From: Blastocladiella emersonii ATCC 22665
Taxonomy: Eukaryota > Fungi > Blastocladiomycota
Reading direction: 5' to 3'
Assembly: GCA_025594325.1 (NCBI GenBank)
Contig: JANHCV010000012.1
Location: 434,001 to 498,000, forward strand
DNA: 64,000 nucleotides
In this document: one piece after another, positions 10,488-21,746 of the stretch
Numbering within the stretch: position 1 is the first letter of the stretch
How the letters are laid out: every line of letters starts with the position of its first letter
The notes under the pieces: model-generated
Databases searched by the model: none
What the model was told of the DNA's origin: nothing
What the model saw: the letters and a program-made list of their open reading frames with translations, nothing else
Made by a program: the position numbers and the translations under genes

Positions 10488-10826
10488 CTGCCTACCCGCC
10501 TCACCACCGTCCGCCGCGACCACGAGTTCCTTGAACTGCGAGCTGCCGCAGACGGACACTCGGCGATCCGCTCGTTGGCTGCGCCCTCGACGAGGTCGTT
10601 ATCCCCTTCCTCCTCATCGTCGTCATCATGTTTGTGGTGGTGGTGAAGCTTCTCGCCCGACGACGCGACGAGCGACCGCTTGCTCGCGGGCAACGGCGGG
10701 ATGGGTTCCATGGAGTCATCGGCGGCAACGCGCCCGCGCGACGCGCTGCGGATCGACGAGCTCGACCGCCTTAGCGAGTCCGCGAGGCTCGACATGCTGC
10801 GGACCAGCGTGCTTGCCATGGTGCCG
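10488..10826 (-). pseudogene. Duplicated fragment of the 3' end of the WD40 gene (about 26491-26830)
   Basis: MASTLVRSMSSLADSLRRSSSSIRSASRGRVAADD...EGAANERIAECP is nearly identical to the WD40 tail. There is a 1-bp deletion at about 10551. Confidence 0.92.
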
Positions 10827-11238
10827 ATCCTAAGGGCACGCAAGCGGCGAAGGCGCTGCGGCCTCCTGATTGAGGCGCGACGAATGCGCTCATCGATGAG
10901 TCAAAGAGACATGGCATGGATTTTTAAAACAAGAGAGCGGGTGATGTTCGACGCCGACAAAAGCGCAGGACGGGGTTGAGCGAAGTGGAAGTCCAAAATT
11001 GCAAGTTCTGCCGCGAAATCGCCGAGGCCTGGAGGGTGCGGGTTTTCTAGGGACCTCTGGTCATGTTGCATGGAGTTGTTCATTGTTTGGTTGCATTCAC
11101 ACGATAGGAGGGAGGAGGAGGTACGGTTCGACGTCAAAGGCGGTTGATGAGAGTCACCCGCGGTCACGCGAGACCTTCCCACGCGAGCTGGCAAGGCGAG
11201 ACGCGCGTCCGCTTGCTCGGGCTCTCGCCGGACGAAAA

Positions 11239-14200
11239 ATGGATGCTAATGAAACCATGGAGCAACCTGCCACTAGCGGCAATGTATCGAGCGAGTCCAC
11301 CGTGGTCGAGAGCCCCGACGCGGCGATCCCGGCGCTGTTGACGTGCCGCACGCCGTACCGCGGTGCCCGCGCGAGCTCCTTCCGACCGTACCGCAACAAG
11401 CCGCCGCGCGACTTGTTTCTCTACCACGATTCCACCTCACTTCCTGAGCTCAAGGCACTCGTGTGCGCGTGCGGCGACCTGGCCGAGGTTGCGCGCACCG
11501 TGTGCGAGGCGGCGGCCAAGGGCGCCACGGCGACGCTCTCGTTTACTCTCAACGACTGGCAGCCTGAGATCCTCGCGCGGAATCTGCTTATTCTCCATGC
11601 CCCCGCTTTCACGCCTCCGAACGATCTCGACACGGACGCGCTCGCACGCTACGTCGGCCAGCTTTGGTATTCGGTTGTTCTCGACCCGGACGTCCGCGAC
11701 TTTTGGGACGGCCAACTGCGCGCGTGTGTCGACCTGGACTGGCTCGGCTTCTCGGCCGACTCGTCGCTCCGCGTGTTGAACGAGTCGACGCTGTGTGAGC
11801 TCCGCCGCTGCTGGTGTGCTTGGCTCGAAGTGGACTGGCCCGTCGAACAACTCTTGGCAGCGCGCTACGAGTACGTCAGTACCAGCCCCTTCTCCTGCTT
11901 TTCCCAGCCCACGGCTCAAAAGGAATACGCGGCCTACGCAAATTACCTTATGGAGGGTGTACAGGCGCAGTATCGTGGTGTGTTCAACCGCGCCGAATCC
12001 GCTCGAATTGCGTGCTCCGTCGAGCGGCTTGCAGTGTCTGGCGCGTTCACGTCTTCCACTCGACCGAGTCCCGCCGTTGTCAACCCGACGATGCTGCTCA
12101 TCTCCAGCGACGATATCCCGCACTACGCTGTGCTCGCGACCGCGCTCCCCTCGGATGCGTTTGATTACCTTCTTGGCCAAGGGCTTCTCGAATCGACCCT
12201 GCTCGGCGAGATTCGCCAGTGGCTCACCGCCCTCCGCACCGGGTTTCGCGAGCACAAACTCCGCGTTGCCGTTACTCACGGCCACGCGATTGCGGTCATG
12301 GAAGAGCTTGCAGCTGACCCCTCGATGCGGTTTGACGTCGTGGATACGGGGCATCTCATGGGGTCATGCTACCTTCTCAGCATCCTCGTTCACGGGTCGG
12401 TCTTGCTTCGTCACGTCACCCAGTACAGCGATCGGGCGCGCTTGCTCACTTACTCGCGAGTGTCGGAGGCTGGCCCAGACTACGATCACGAGCTTTACGG
12501 CGCGGCCGCACTTCTGCACGAAACCTTCCCCGCGCTCTTTGGTGTCACTGTCGCCGAAAAGGTAAGTAGCGACATCATGGCGACGTCGTCGTGGTATCAG
12601 AACTTTTGCTGGAGCCGTGACCACCTCGAGCATTCCCCGGTTCGATACTTCACTTTCACCAAGCTGCCGCATCCCACCGTGCCGACCTCGCTCAGCAACT
12701 CGACGTTTCTGACCGACGCACTGCGCGAGTGCGCCCGATACGTTGCGAAGCGGCCATGGGAGGGTACGGAGAATTGATACACACGCCATGCAAGGCACAG
12801 AACTGACGATCTGATGATGTAGGTCCTTGCAAAATCACTACGCTATTCTTTCCCAAGCTCATTGCCTTCGCTCTCGCTTCGGGCCGCATTGTCGCGTCGG
12901 GGGCAACTCTGCACGCGCTGCCGCAGTGGCCGGAGGCCAGCAAACTTGTACACTCGTTGGCAACGGGTTGCGAGATGAGCGAGTCGGCGCAGGCCGAGCT
13001 CCTCGCTTCGCTGCCCCTCTACGGCTTCACTGATTCGAAGGGCACGTCCTCGTTCAACTACACCCTCGAGCTCACGATTTCCATCAACGGCGCGGCTGCA
13101 TTTCTGGCGCCTTACCTTGCTCGCGAAATCGTTCAACCCACCAAGACCTATCGGCTCGAGGGCCTTTGCGCGGAGCCCGTCTACGGCGACCCTCCGCTTC
13201 TCCGCATTCGCACGAATGTTCCAGATTTTATGCTACTCGATGCGCCCGCAGAGACCGTGCTTGGCGTATACCAGGAGCAACTTGGGTTCGGCCACTTTGA
13301 GACCTCCCAGCGCGAGCTTCTCGGCGAGCTACTTCCGCTCTCGTCCGCCGTCATCACGCGGGCGCCGTGCAAGCCGCACACTTCGCTGCTCAAGGCGCTG
13401 ATTGCGTCTCGCCCGCCGCTTCCTCAGTCCGGGCCCGAAAACCCGCGCGCCTGGCCGCTTCGCGTGGTGCACGCGGCAGACATGGGCGGGACTATCGACC
13501 TCACCTTGCGCTGGCGAACCAAGACCAAATTGTCGTTCAAATTTGTGAGCGACTCTTACCAGGTCCGCTCGATGCTTGGTGCCGTCGGCCTTGTCTTTGG
13601 CAATGGTACCCGTCAGACGATGCGGTTGGCCGCGCCCGCTCGCATCAAAGCCATCAATACGATACGCAAAAAGGACGAGATCACTCTCACTCTCGAGTCT
13701 GTCCAAACTGCGGCTATGGATCTTGCTCTCGATGTATCCCTTCCGCACATCGGGCGCCGCCTCCCTCTTGCACCGGACAACCACCTCATGGTACACTCGA
13801 TCCGCGCGGCCGTGTGCGCAGGCGTGGACCTGATCAACCTCCTGTTCCCGCCGGCGCCAGGCGTCAAGCGCACCAACGCGAACCGCATGCGCCTGCTCAA
13901 CACGGTCGTCTCGCCCAAGGCCATTGCTTCGATCGCAGTCGAGTTCACGCGGCTGATTTTCGACGCGTTTGCGGCGGGCCACCAGGCTGTCATGCACAGC
14001 GGAATGGATCGCGCCCCGACCTTGCTCATCTTCTTTGACCGACCCGTTCTCCTTACCTCGGCCGGCCCAGGAATGATCCCGACGCCCGCGCTCGAGTGCA
14101 CCGTCGCCGTGATTGATGACGCCATGAACCCGTCGCCGGAGGCCGAGTACGCGCGGCGCAGTCGCATCTTCGTCGATTGCGCCAAAGCGATCGCTGGGCG

Positions 14201-14432
14201 TCTCTCGGTGTTCACGCTGCCACCTGAGTCGACCGTCGCCTTCTCCATGTTCAAGTTCATGTACCTCGCCGACCCGGTCCCCGAGGCGGACCCGCGATTC
14301 AGCGCCGATTTGTACGTGCGGCTGCGTCCGCTGCTCAGGCGCGTGCTCGTGCTGCCCGCGTACCCGGTTTGCAGCACGGGCATGGACAAGCTTGGGCGGC
14401 AGCTCAAGACGTTCCTCGACAAGGGGATCTGA
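11239..14432 (+). CDS. DUF4470-like protein, paralog 1 (exons 11239-12763, 12823-14432)
   Basis: LVCACGDLAE and FTLNDWQPEILARNLLIL match the DUF4470/DNAAF3-type N-terminal signature. A 59-nt GTACGG...CTGAC...TAG phase-1 intron joins the two ORFs in frame (about 1,040 aa). Confidence 0.75.
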
Positions 14433-14527
14433 GCTATGTATGGGCAAGTTTTTGATCTATTCGTTTCGTTTTTAATTCGCTAGAACGAGACGATTTCCAG
14501 ATGCTGAACGAGGTTTACTGAGGAGGC

Positions 14528-14570
14528 GAGACGCGTCCCTCACAACACGTGAGTGGCGCAACGCGTCTCC
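14528..14570. repeat. Short inverted repeat sharing a 26-bp motif with 55704-55729
   Basis: GAGACGCGT...ACGCGTCTC. ACACGTGAGTGGCGCAACGCGTCTCC differs by 1 base from the 55.7-kb copy. Confidence 0.6.
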
Positions 14571-14682
14571 GAGGGCTCCGAGACATCGCACTATATGTTT
14601 TAGCTCGATCTTGAACTACAACAAAGCTTATTGAATGTATTTTCAGCAGCACTTAGCGGCGTGACCGCGGTCAATCATCGGT

Positions 14683-16860
14683 TCAAGAAATGCGAGCGAG
14701 CTCCTCCAAATGGCGCTGCTTGACCCCCGGCGCGCTTTGGATGCGATGAAGCATTGCCTCATCGAGCATGTCACGCAACGCACCGTCGGGGATCAAGGCC
14801 GTGAAAGCGATCGAAACAGGCGAAAGGATCGTTAGGAGGTCCGGCATGAGCCGCGGCCGCTTGTCCAGGATTTCGGTCACGATGAATTGCAAAGTGCTGC
14901 CGCCGCCGCAGCAGTGGTTCGCAGCCTCTTTCGCCAGCGCCAGGTCATGTGCAAGCTTGACTGGCTCCAGGTAGGCGGCGAGAGTGCCAAAAAACTCGCT
15001 GCTCGCATCCCAGAGTGCAAGCAGTGAGGCAAAGGCGCTGCACCACGCCCCTCGGTACGAGTGCGGGCAGCGACGGCACATTTCGTCCCAATCGCACCGC
15101 GGGGGGGCGAGGGTTTCATGCGAAGAGAAGTGGGCAGCAAGCATCGCGCACAGGAACGGCCCCGCTGCTCCCATAATGCGGATGGATTCGAGAGCGCGGT
15201 CTTTGGTTTCGGCGTCGTCAAGGAGCGAAGCGATATAGGACGAGATGACTTGAAAATCGGTGATGGACCGAGCGGGAGCCGAGTCCGTCCCGGCGGAAAG
15301 CAAGCGCGCCGCGGCGACAAACAATTTGAGCGAATCGACCGTCGGCCGCTCACGCTGGAGAATCGATAAGAGCAGTCCAGCGTTGCCGTTCGGACTCGAG
15401 TCGCTGGAACCGTCCAAAACTTGGGCAAAGCGGTCGAGCGAGCTCGCACGTGTGGTGGCGAAAGCGAGATCGATCCAGTAACCGCGGAACGCACCCAAGC
15501 GCGGACCAGCCCTGCTACACGCCCACGCAAAGGCTCCAGGATCACGATGTGAGTACTTGGGGTAGGAGGGATACATGCTGGGCGGAAGCGTACCTTCAAC
15601 AAGAATGTCGTCCCACATGTTCTCAACAGGCACGAGAACAGCTTGCATCGCATCAATCGCCTCTACATCGTTTGTATCCAGGGAACGAGTAAGGACCACG
15701 ATAAAAAACTCGTTGTTGTTGAGGATCTCGAAGGGCACCAAAGACAGGCCGTCTCCTACCCGCTTTTGGAGGGCTTGCCCGGCGTAGCGAGAGGACATTC
15801 TGCGGGCAAAATCGGCTCGGCCAAGCTTTTCCAGATCAACCTCGACTTGATCACGATGGGTTGCAAGAAGCAGAGCAAAACCAGCTGGATACTCGTGAGC
15901 GATCGTTTCGATTGCTGACTCTTTGCTCGGAGGCACACTTGACCAACTTTGCGCATAAAGCCAGCCGACAACATCTGCGAGATGCTTGTGCGTCGGGACA
16001 ATGCTAGCCATGTCGCTGAACGCCCACGCGATATGACGAGGTGACGCCATGGTTTCGACAAGCTGGCGCACCTTGACGTGAAATTGCGGGCGTAGCATCA
16101 GTTGGAGCGATTCGGGCTGCCAGAACCCAATGGTAACTAGAGCGAGGACATCAACGAAACGGGGCGAACAGTCGTCAACAATCGGGTCCCCAATCCATTC
16201 GTCGTCGGGAAGCCCAAAGTCGTAAAGCGCAAGCTCCCACTCCGGCCACGGAAGCGAGAGCGCAAAGAACTGCGGCCAATTGGCCTCAAGTTTGGCAAGT
16301 ACCTCCTCGGGAAGCACGGGAAGGCCAGTTTGGACAGCGCGAATGGCAACACCGATGAAAATGGCGAATGGATGTCTGTAAAGCGCGCCCAGTTCAGCAT
16401 CTCGAGCACGATATATGGCAACAGCAATTTCGCAACGATCGTGGTCGTTGTGATTGTGTGCTTGGACCCGAGATTGTGCGCAGGCAACGATCGCACGCAT
16501 GAAGCTTTCGGCGCGAGTGAGGCGAGCAACGCAGGCGCTCCGGTTAAGCTTTTCGGTCTGTGCGTCGACGGTATCCGACCACAAGGTACGGAGCGCCGCG
16601 TCCAGGTTCTCCCAAGCGCCCATGGGACCCTCGGGTGAGGCGATACCGAATACCTCGCGGATGGTCCAGTGCGACAAGACATATTTACCACAAGCGAGCT
16701 GGTAGCTGAATCTGCATGCGGCAACGAGTGCGACTCGAGGTTGGGCGAGTTGGGAGATCATCTGGGCAAGTTCGGTCGGGAGATCACCGAATAATAGCGT
16801 CTGTGACCTCATTAGAGGGTCAGGGGTAGATTGCATGGAGTGATTCATGGGCTGCTGCAT
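14683..16860 (-). CDS. Unknown F-box-like family, paralog A (probable stopless 60-nt intron 15534-15593)
   Basis: N-terminal FGDLPTELAQMISQLAQPRVALVAACRFSYQL resembles an F-box. Collinear with paralogs B and C, including CxxCPxSYxGAW and EAANxCC motifs. Confidence 0.8.
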   Translation of the reverse strand: MQQPMNHSMQSTPDPLMRSQTLLFGDLPTELAQMISQLAQPRVALVAACRFSYQLACGKYVLSHWTIREVFGIASPEGPMGAWENLDAALRTLWSDTVDAQTEKLNRSACVARLTRAESFMRAIVACAQSRVQAHNHNDHDRCEIAVAIYRARDAELGALYRHPFAIFIGVAIRAVQTGLPVLPEEVLAKLEANWPQFFALSLPWPEWELALYDFGLPDDEWIGDPIVDDCSPRFVDVLALVTIGFWQPESLQLMLRPQFHVKVRQLVETMASPRHIAWAFSDMASIVPTHKHLADVVGWLYAQSWSSVPPSKESAIETIAHEYPAGFALLLATHRDQVEVDLEKLGRADFARRMSSRYAGQALQKRVGDGLSLVPFEILNNNEFFIVVLTRSLDTNDVEAIDAMQAVLVPVENMWDDILVEGTLPPSMYPSYPKYSHRDPGAFAWACSRAGPRLGAFRGYWIDLAFATTRASSLDRFAQVLDGSSDSSPNGNAGLLLSILQRERPTVDSLKLFVAAARLLSAGTDSAPARSITDFQVISSYIASLLDDAETKDRALESIRIMGAAGPFLCAMLAAHFSSHETLAPPRCDWDEMCRRCPHSYRGAWCSAFASLLALWDASSEFFGTLAAYLEPVKLAHDLALAKEAANHCCGGGSTLQFIVTEILDKRPRLMPDLLTILSPVSIAFTALIPDGALRDMLDEAMLHRIQSAPGVKQRHLEELARIS

Positions 16861-17246
16861 GTATCGAGTCTGTGGGGGGAGGAGCAAGGCCGAACGCGAC
16901 GCGCCCGCCGAAGGCCTTTGGCGAGTCCGGCGAGCAGCATCACATGATATCCCGACGCGTCTGATCCGGCGCTTCGACTCGACGGACTTCACAAAATTGC
17001 AAGCACGGTTCCCGATCAACAAAAATATGCTGAAATGTATATATGGGCTAGCCGATCCGTCACTCGCGGCGGGCATGGGCGGTGCGCGGGACTTGGCGCC
17101 CGCTGGCCGTGGGAGACACGCGAACCGAGCTTTAACTGGCGCGCTGATGCAACAGGCACTCACTGCTTTCAAATCCCAAACGAGCTCCGATAGTGTTAGT
17201 GTATTGCCCCAATCTCCCGCAAATCATTGCGCCTGGTAGGAAAGTG

Positions 17247-19420
17247 TCAGGCACTGTCACTAGACGTGACGCGAGCCAGCTCCTTCAAATGTCTTTCCTC
17301 GATCCCGAACGTGCTCGCGATGCGATGCATGGACGGCTCATCGAGCACGCCGCACAGTGCGCCGCTCGGGATAAGCTTGGTGAACGCCGGTGACACAGGT
17401 GAGAGAGCGACGACGAGGTCCGCCAGGAGACGCGGGTATATCGCCAGCGTCGTAGTCACGATAAACTGCAAGGTGATGCTACGAGCGCCAGAGCAGCAGG
17501 TGTTTGCAGCCTCCTTGTTGAGCGCCGAGCCGTGCGCATACCTGATGAGGTGCATGTATGCGTTGAGTGTGCGGAACAGGCTCTGTTGTTGGTCCGTGAG
17601 GTCAAGCAGTCCGGAAAACGCGTCGCGCCACGCGCCTTGGTACGAAAGCGGGCAATCCTTGCAGAGAGCCAGGGAATGGGTCCGCGGGTGGGCGAGATCC
17701 CGGTCAGTGGAGAAATGCGCAGCAAGCATCGCACACACCAGCGTCCCGGCGGTACCCGAGTCGCGTACAATCTCAAGCGTCCGAGTTTTCGTCTCCTGGG
17801 CCGCAAGCAGCGATGAGACGAAAACCGAAACCGAGTGAGAAAAATTCGCGCCCGCGTAGACGCCATCCTCGAATTCGGTGTCAAGTAGGCGCGCGACGAT
17901 GCTGAACACGTCGAGCAGATCAACTGCAGGCTCCTCGGAATCGAGGAGCGCCAAAACGATGAGAATACGCATGCCTTGGCCGGGGCTGCCGGCGCTGAAG
18001 TCATCGACGGCATAGCGGTCAAGTGGATTCGCAATCCCAGTCGTCCGGCCCAAGCGGACCAGGCCAAGCAGAACACGAGAATTAGGGTCAGGGGCGCTGC
18101 AAGCACTCGCAAATGCTACAAGACGAGGACGACGACGAGGACGAGTCAGTGCGTGACTCCACGGATGCACTGATCCTTTGAGGCTATCGCACCTTTGACA
18201 AGAACGTCGTCCCACAAGGATCCGCGTGAAGCAAGCGCAGCATACAGCAAGTCAAGTGTGTTTGGATCCTGGTCCTGAAGAGCAGTCTCAAGCATTGATG
18301 CATAGAGCTCATCACTGAGGACATCATACGGCGCGAGTGAAAGCACGTCCGCGGCATGGAACGCGGCGTGGGCCTCGGCATAGAGGGCTGAGATATCTTG
18401 AACGAATCTAGCTCGACCAAGCTTCGCCAAATCGGCTTCGACCTGGTCTCGAAATTGCGACATGATTAAGGGGAGGACACGCGGGAACGCCTGGGCGACA
18501 AAATCAAGCGCCGTCAATTCATTTTCCAGGGACACGTTCGACCAGCCTCGACTGTACAGCCAGCCCACGGTGGCAGCGACGCTGTCAGCCGACAGGGCGA
18601 GGTCAGGTATACCTCTGAAGTACCAGCTGGCGGTATTGGGCGAGGACATCATGTTCACGAGTGCGTGCTCGTTGATTCCATGTTGCGGCTGCAAAAGTAC
18701 TTGGAGCGAGTCATACTGCCAGTACGTCAAAGCGAGAATGGCAAGAAGCTCCACGAGGCGGGGCACAAGTTCACTTGGGAGCACGGAATCGTGGGGGAAG
18801 CCAAATTGGGACAGGGTTATCGCCCAATCGGCCCAGGGGCGAGCGAGCGTGAGTAGCGTCGGCCAGTGGATCTGCAAGCCAGCCAGCGCTCTCTCCACAA
18901 CGCCGGGATAACCCGCCTGAGCCGCGCCAACCGCAACGGCGACGTATACTGCGAGCGGGTGTTGGTACAGCTTGGTTACAGGCACGCTTTCAGCGCGGGT
19001 TGCAAGCTCGCGAAGGTCACAATCCGTCGGCTGCGCGCCCAGTGCGAGTCGCGCCTCGGCGCACGCGAAGGTCGCGTGCATCAGGGATTCGGCACGGGCG
19101 TGGCGAGTGGCCAGCGGGAGATCGTCCTGCAGGTCGTCGGAGCCAGCATTAATGGTGACCACCCACATCTGGTGGAGCGCGCGCGTTACTGCGGTCCATG
19201 CGCCGCCGAACGACTGAGGCAAACCAAGACGCGAGAGTTCGTCAATGGCAAGACGCGAGAGTTCGTCAATGGTCCAAGACGAGAGGACGTTGAGATCGCA
19301 AGCGAGAGCGTAAATGGCCCGCGACGCTGTAACGAGCGCGACGCGACGTTGTGCGAGCTGCATAACCATAATCGCAAGCTTGGTCGGGAGATCGCGGAAG
19401 CACGGCGTCAGCGACTTCAT
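17247..19420 (-). CDS. Unknown F-box-like family, paralog B (intron 18116-18192)
   Basis: Starts FRDLPTKLAIMVMQLAQRRVALVTAS. The GTGCGA...CTGAC...TGTAG phase-1 intron joins LWDDVLVKG to AFASACS in frame. An in-frame 24-bp tandem duplication lies at 19225-19272. Confidence 0.8.
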
Positions 19421-19659
19421 TGGTGACGTTTCATCAGTTTACATGGAGTGTCGCATGGCTAGCTGCATCGTGCCGCTCGGAGAGTGGTGGTGATGGTGGG
19501 GAGCGCGAACGAGGCGAGACGACCAAACTTGACCGATGCGCCACAGCGTGCTTCGATCACATGATATCCCGACGCGTCCCGGTCCGAGCGCTTTGGTACG
19601 CCGCACAAAATATGCGGGCGGACTCGTGTATTGCTCTGAACTGCACCAACATTTCGCGC

Positions 19660-21606
19660 CTAGCGGGACGCGTTGACGAGGTCCTCGCTTGATGAAACAC
19701 GAACGATCTCACGCAGGTGGCACGCTTCAATCCCTGGCGCGTGCGTGACGCGATCCAAAACTGATTCATCCATCGCCCCGCGAAGCGCGCCGTCCGGGAT
19801 CAAGTTAGTGAACGCGGGCGAAACAGGCGAAAGGACGGCGAGAAGTTCCGCCAGAAGCCGCGCGTTCCGAGCCAAGAGAGCGGTCACAATAAACTGGGAG
19901 GTGCTGGACCCAGCGCTCGGAGAGCAGCAAGTGTTTGCAGCTTCGTGATCCAGCGCCAAGGAGTGCGAGCGCTTGACCAGGTACAGAAAGGTGCCAAGTG
20001 CCCTGATGCGGCCGTGGCGGTGGTCCATGCGTGAAAGCAACGCGGAAAACGCGTGGCGCCACGCGCTCTGGTAAGAATGCGGGCCGCCGCAGCACGGCGC
20101 TGACTTACGGGCGGACGGATACGCGTGGCTTTTGTCGTCGTGAGCGGAAAAGTGGGCCGCGAGAATTGCGCACAGAAGTGTCGCTGCTTTATCCGGGTCG
20201 CGCACGAGCTCGAGGGCATGAGACTTGGTCTCGTCAGCCGTGAGCAACGATGAGACAAGGCGTGAGAGCGATCGAGAAAGAGCAGGTTCTGGGAAGATGG
20301 CTGGATCAAGGTCGTCGGGAAGGATGTGCACCAGGATCGCAAGCACGTCAAGCGGATCAGCTGTGGCTACCACGGGGCTGAGGAGCGCGCGAATGATTGC
20401 ACAACGGTTGTTTTCGTCGAAACCGGAAGCGCTGGAGAATTCCATCGCAAATCGGCCAAGGGGGTCCGCGATTCCTGTCGTCCGGCCCAAGCGAATCAGG
20501 TCGTCAAGGGCACCAGGGTCAATAGATTTGGCACTACACACACTTGCGAACACTTGGGACGAGCACCAGTGAGACCCTTGATTCAAAATGAATGATGGAT
20601 TTCGAAGGAAGCCGTACCCTTGACGAGAACGTCGTCCCACAAGGAGCCGCGGGAAGCAAGCGCTTTGTACATGGTATCCACTGCGCCTGACTCCTTTTCG
20701 TAGACCGCTTTTTCGAGCATCAAAGCGTAGAACGCATCGTCGAGGAGATCGAAAGCTGCCAGTGGAAGCACGTCCGTGACAAGCCGCAAAAGAGCGCCGA
20801 GATATCGCAAACAAATCCAGCTCGACCGTAATTGGCCAGGTCCGCCTCGACCTGGTCTCGAAAGCGCAACATGAGAGTAGCGAGGGCGCGCGGGTACGCT
20901 TCAGCGACATACTCGAGCGCGGTCGAAGCAAACGTGTACACGTCGGACCAACCCTGCGTGTAGAGCCAGCGGACGATGAAGGAGACGTGCTCGTGCGAGG
21001 GCGCGCGAGAGGTCAGTTAACTTCAATCTCTGCAAGTATCTCTTCGACCAAGGCGGTAAGACCCGTTTGGACCGCGCGAACTGCAACGATGATGAAAACA
21101 GCTAGCGGGTACTCGTACAGCTGGCTCAAAGGGGCGGATCGGGTACTCTGTAACAGCTGGTTCAGCTCAAAGGTGTCCAGCAAAGCACGGTTTGGCACTC
21201 GGACCCGAGCTTTAGCACACGCGACGAGTACATTCATCAGCGACTCGGCGCGGGCGCGACGTGTTGCAGCGGAAACCCGCTCCTTAATGTAGTACTTGAT
21301 CCTGAAGGTCGACTGCCACACCTCGTGGAGCACCCGTACCAGGTCATCCCAGACAAAGCTTGGGCGCCGGTTAGCAGCATCGCCTCGCCAGCGGAAGATG
21401 TGGCGGATGGTCCAGATCGACAGAACATAAAGGCCACAAGTGATGGCGTGGACAAGGCGCGACGCGAGAGTCACAGCGAGCCGAGGCTGCGCAAGCCGAA
21501 CAACCTCAAGCGCGAGCTCGGGCGGCAGATCACGAAAGTTGAGCGGTGACGGGCCTTCATTTGCGCCCTGATTAGGTTGCATAGAGTACTTCATGGTTGT
21601 CCTCAT
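19660..21606 (-). pseudogene. Unknown F-box-like family, paralog C (pseudogene; intron 20553-20617)
   Basis: About 90 codons are deleted with a frameshift and TGA at 21013-21015 (EIEVN* jumps to APSHEHVSFIVRWLY). A second frameshift lies near 20785-20790. Confidence 0.85.
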
Positions 21607-21746
21607 GGTTGGGTGAGAGGCAGAGAGCTGGAACCGCTTGTCCTGCGAGGGTCTCGTTGCCGCGGGCTCCGATCAGCTGATGTTCGCGTCGTTCGCGTCG
21701 TTCACCACGGACGGCTCGAGCGAGATTTGCTTTGAACTGGCATATA

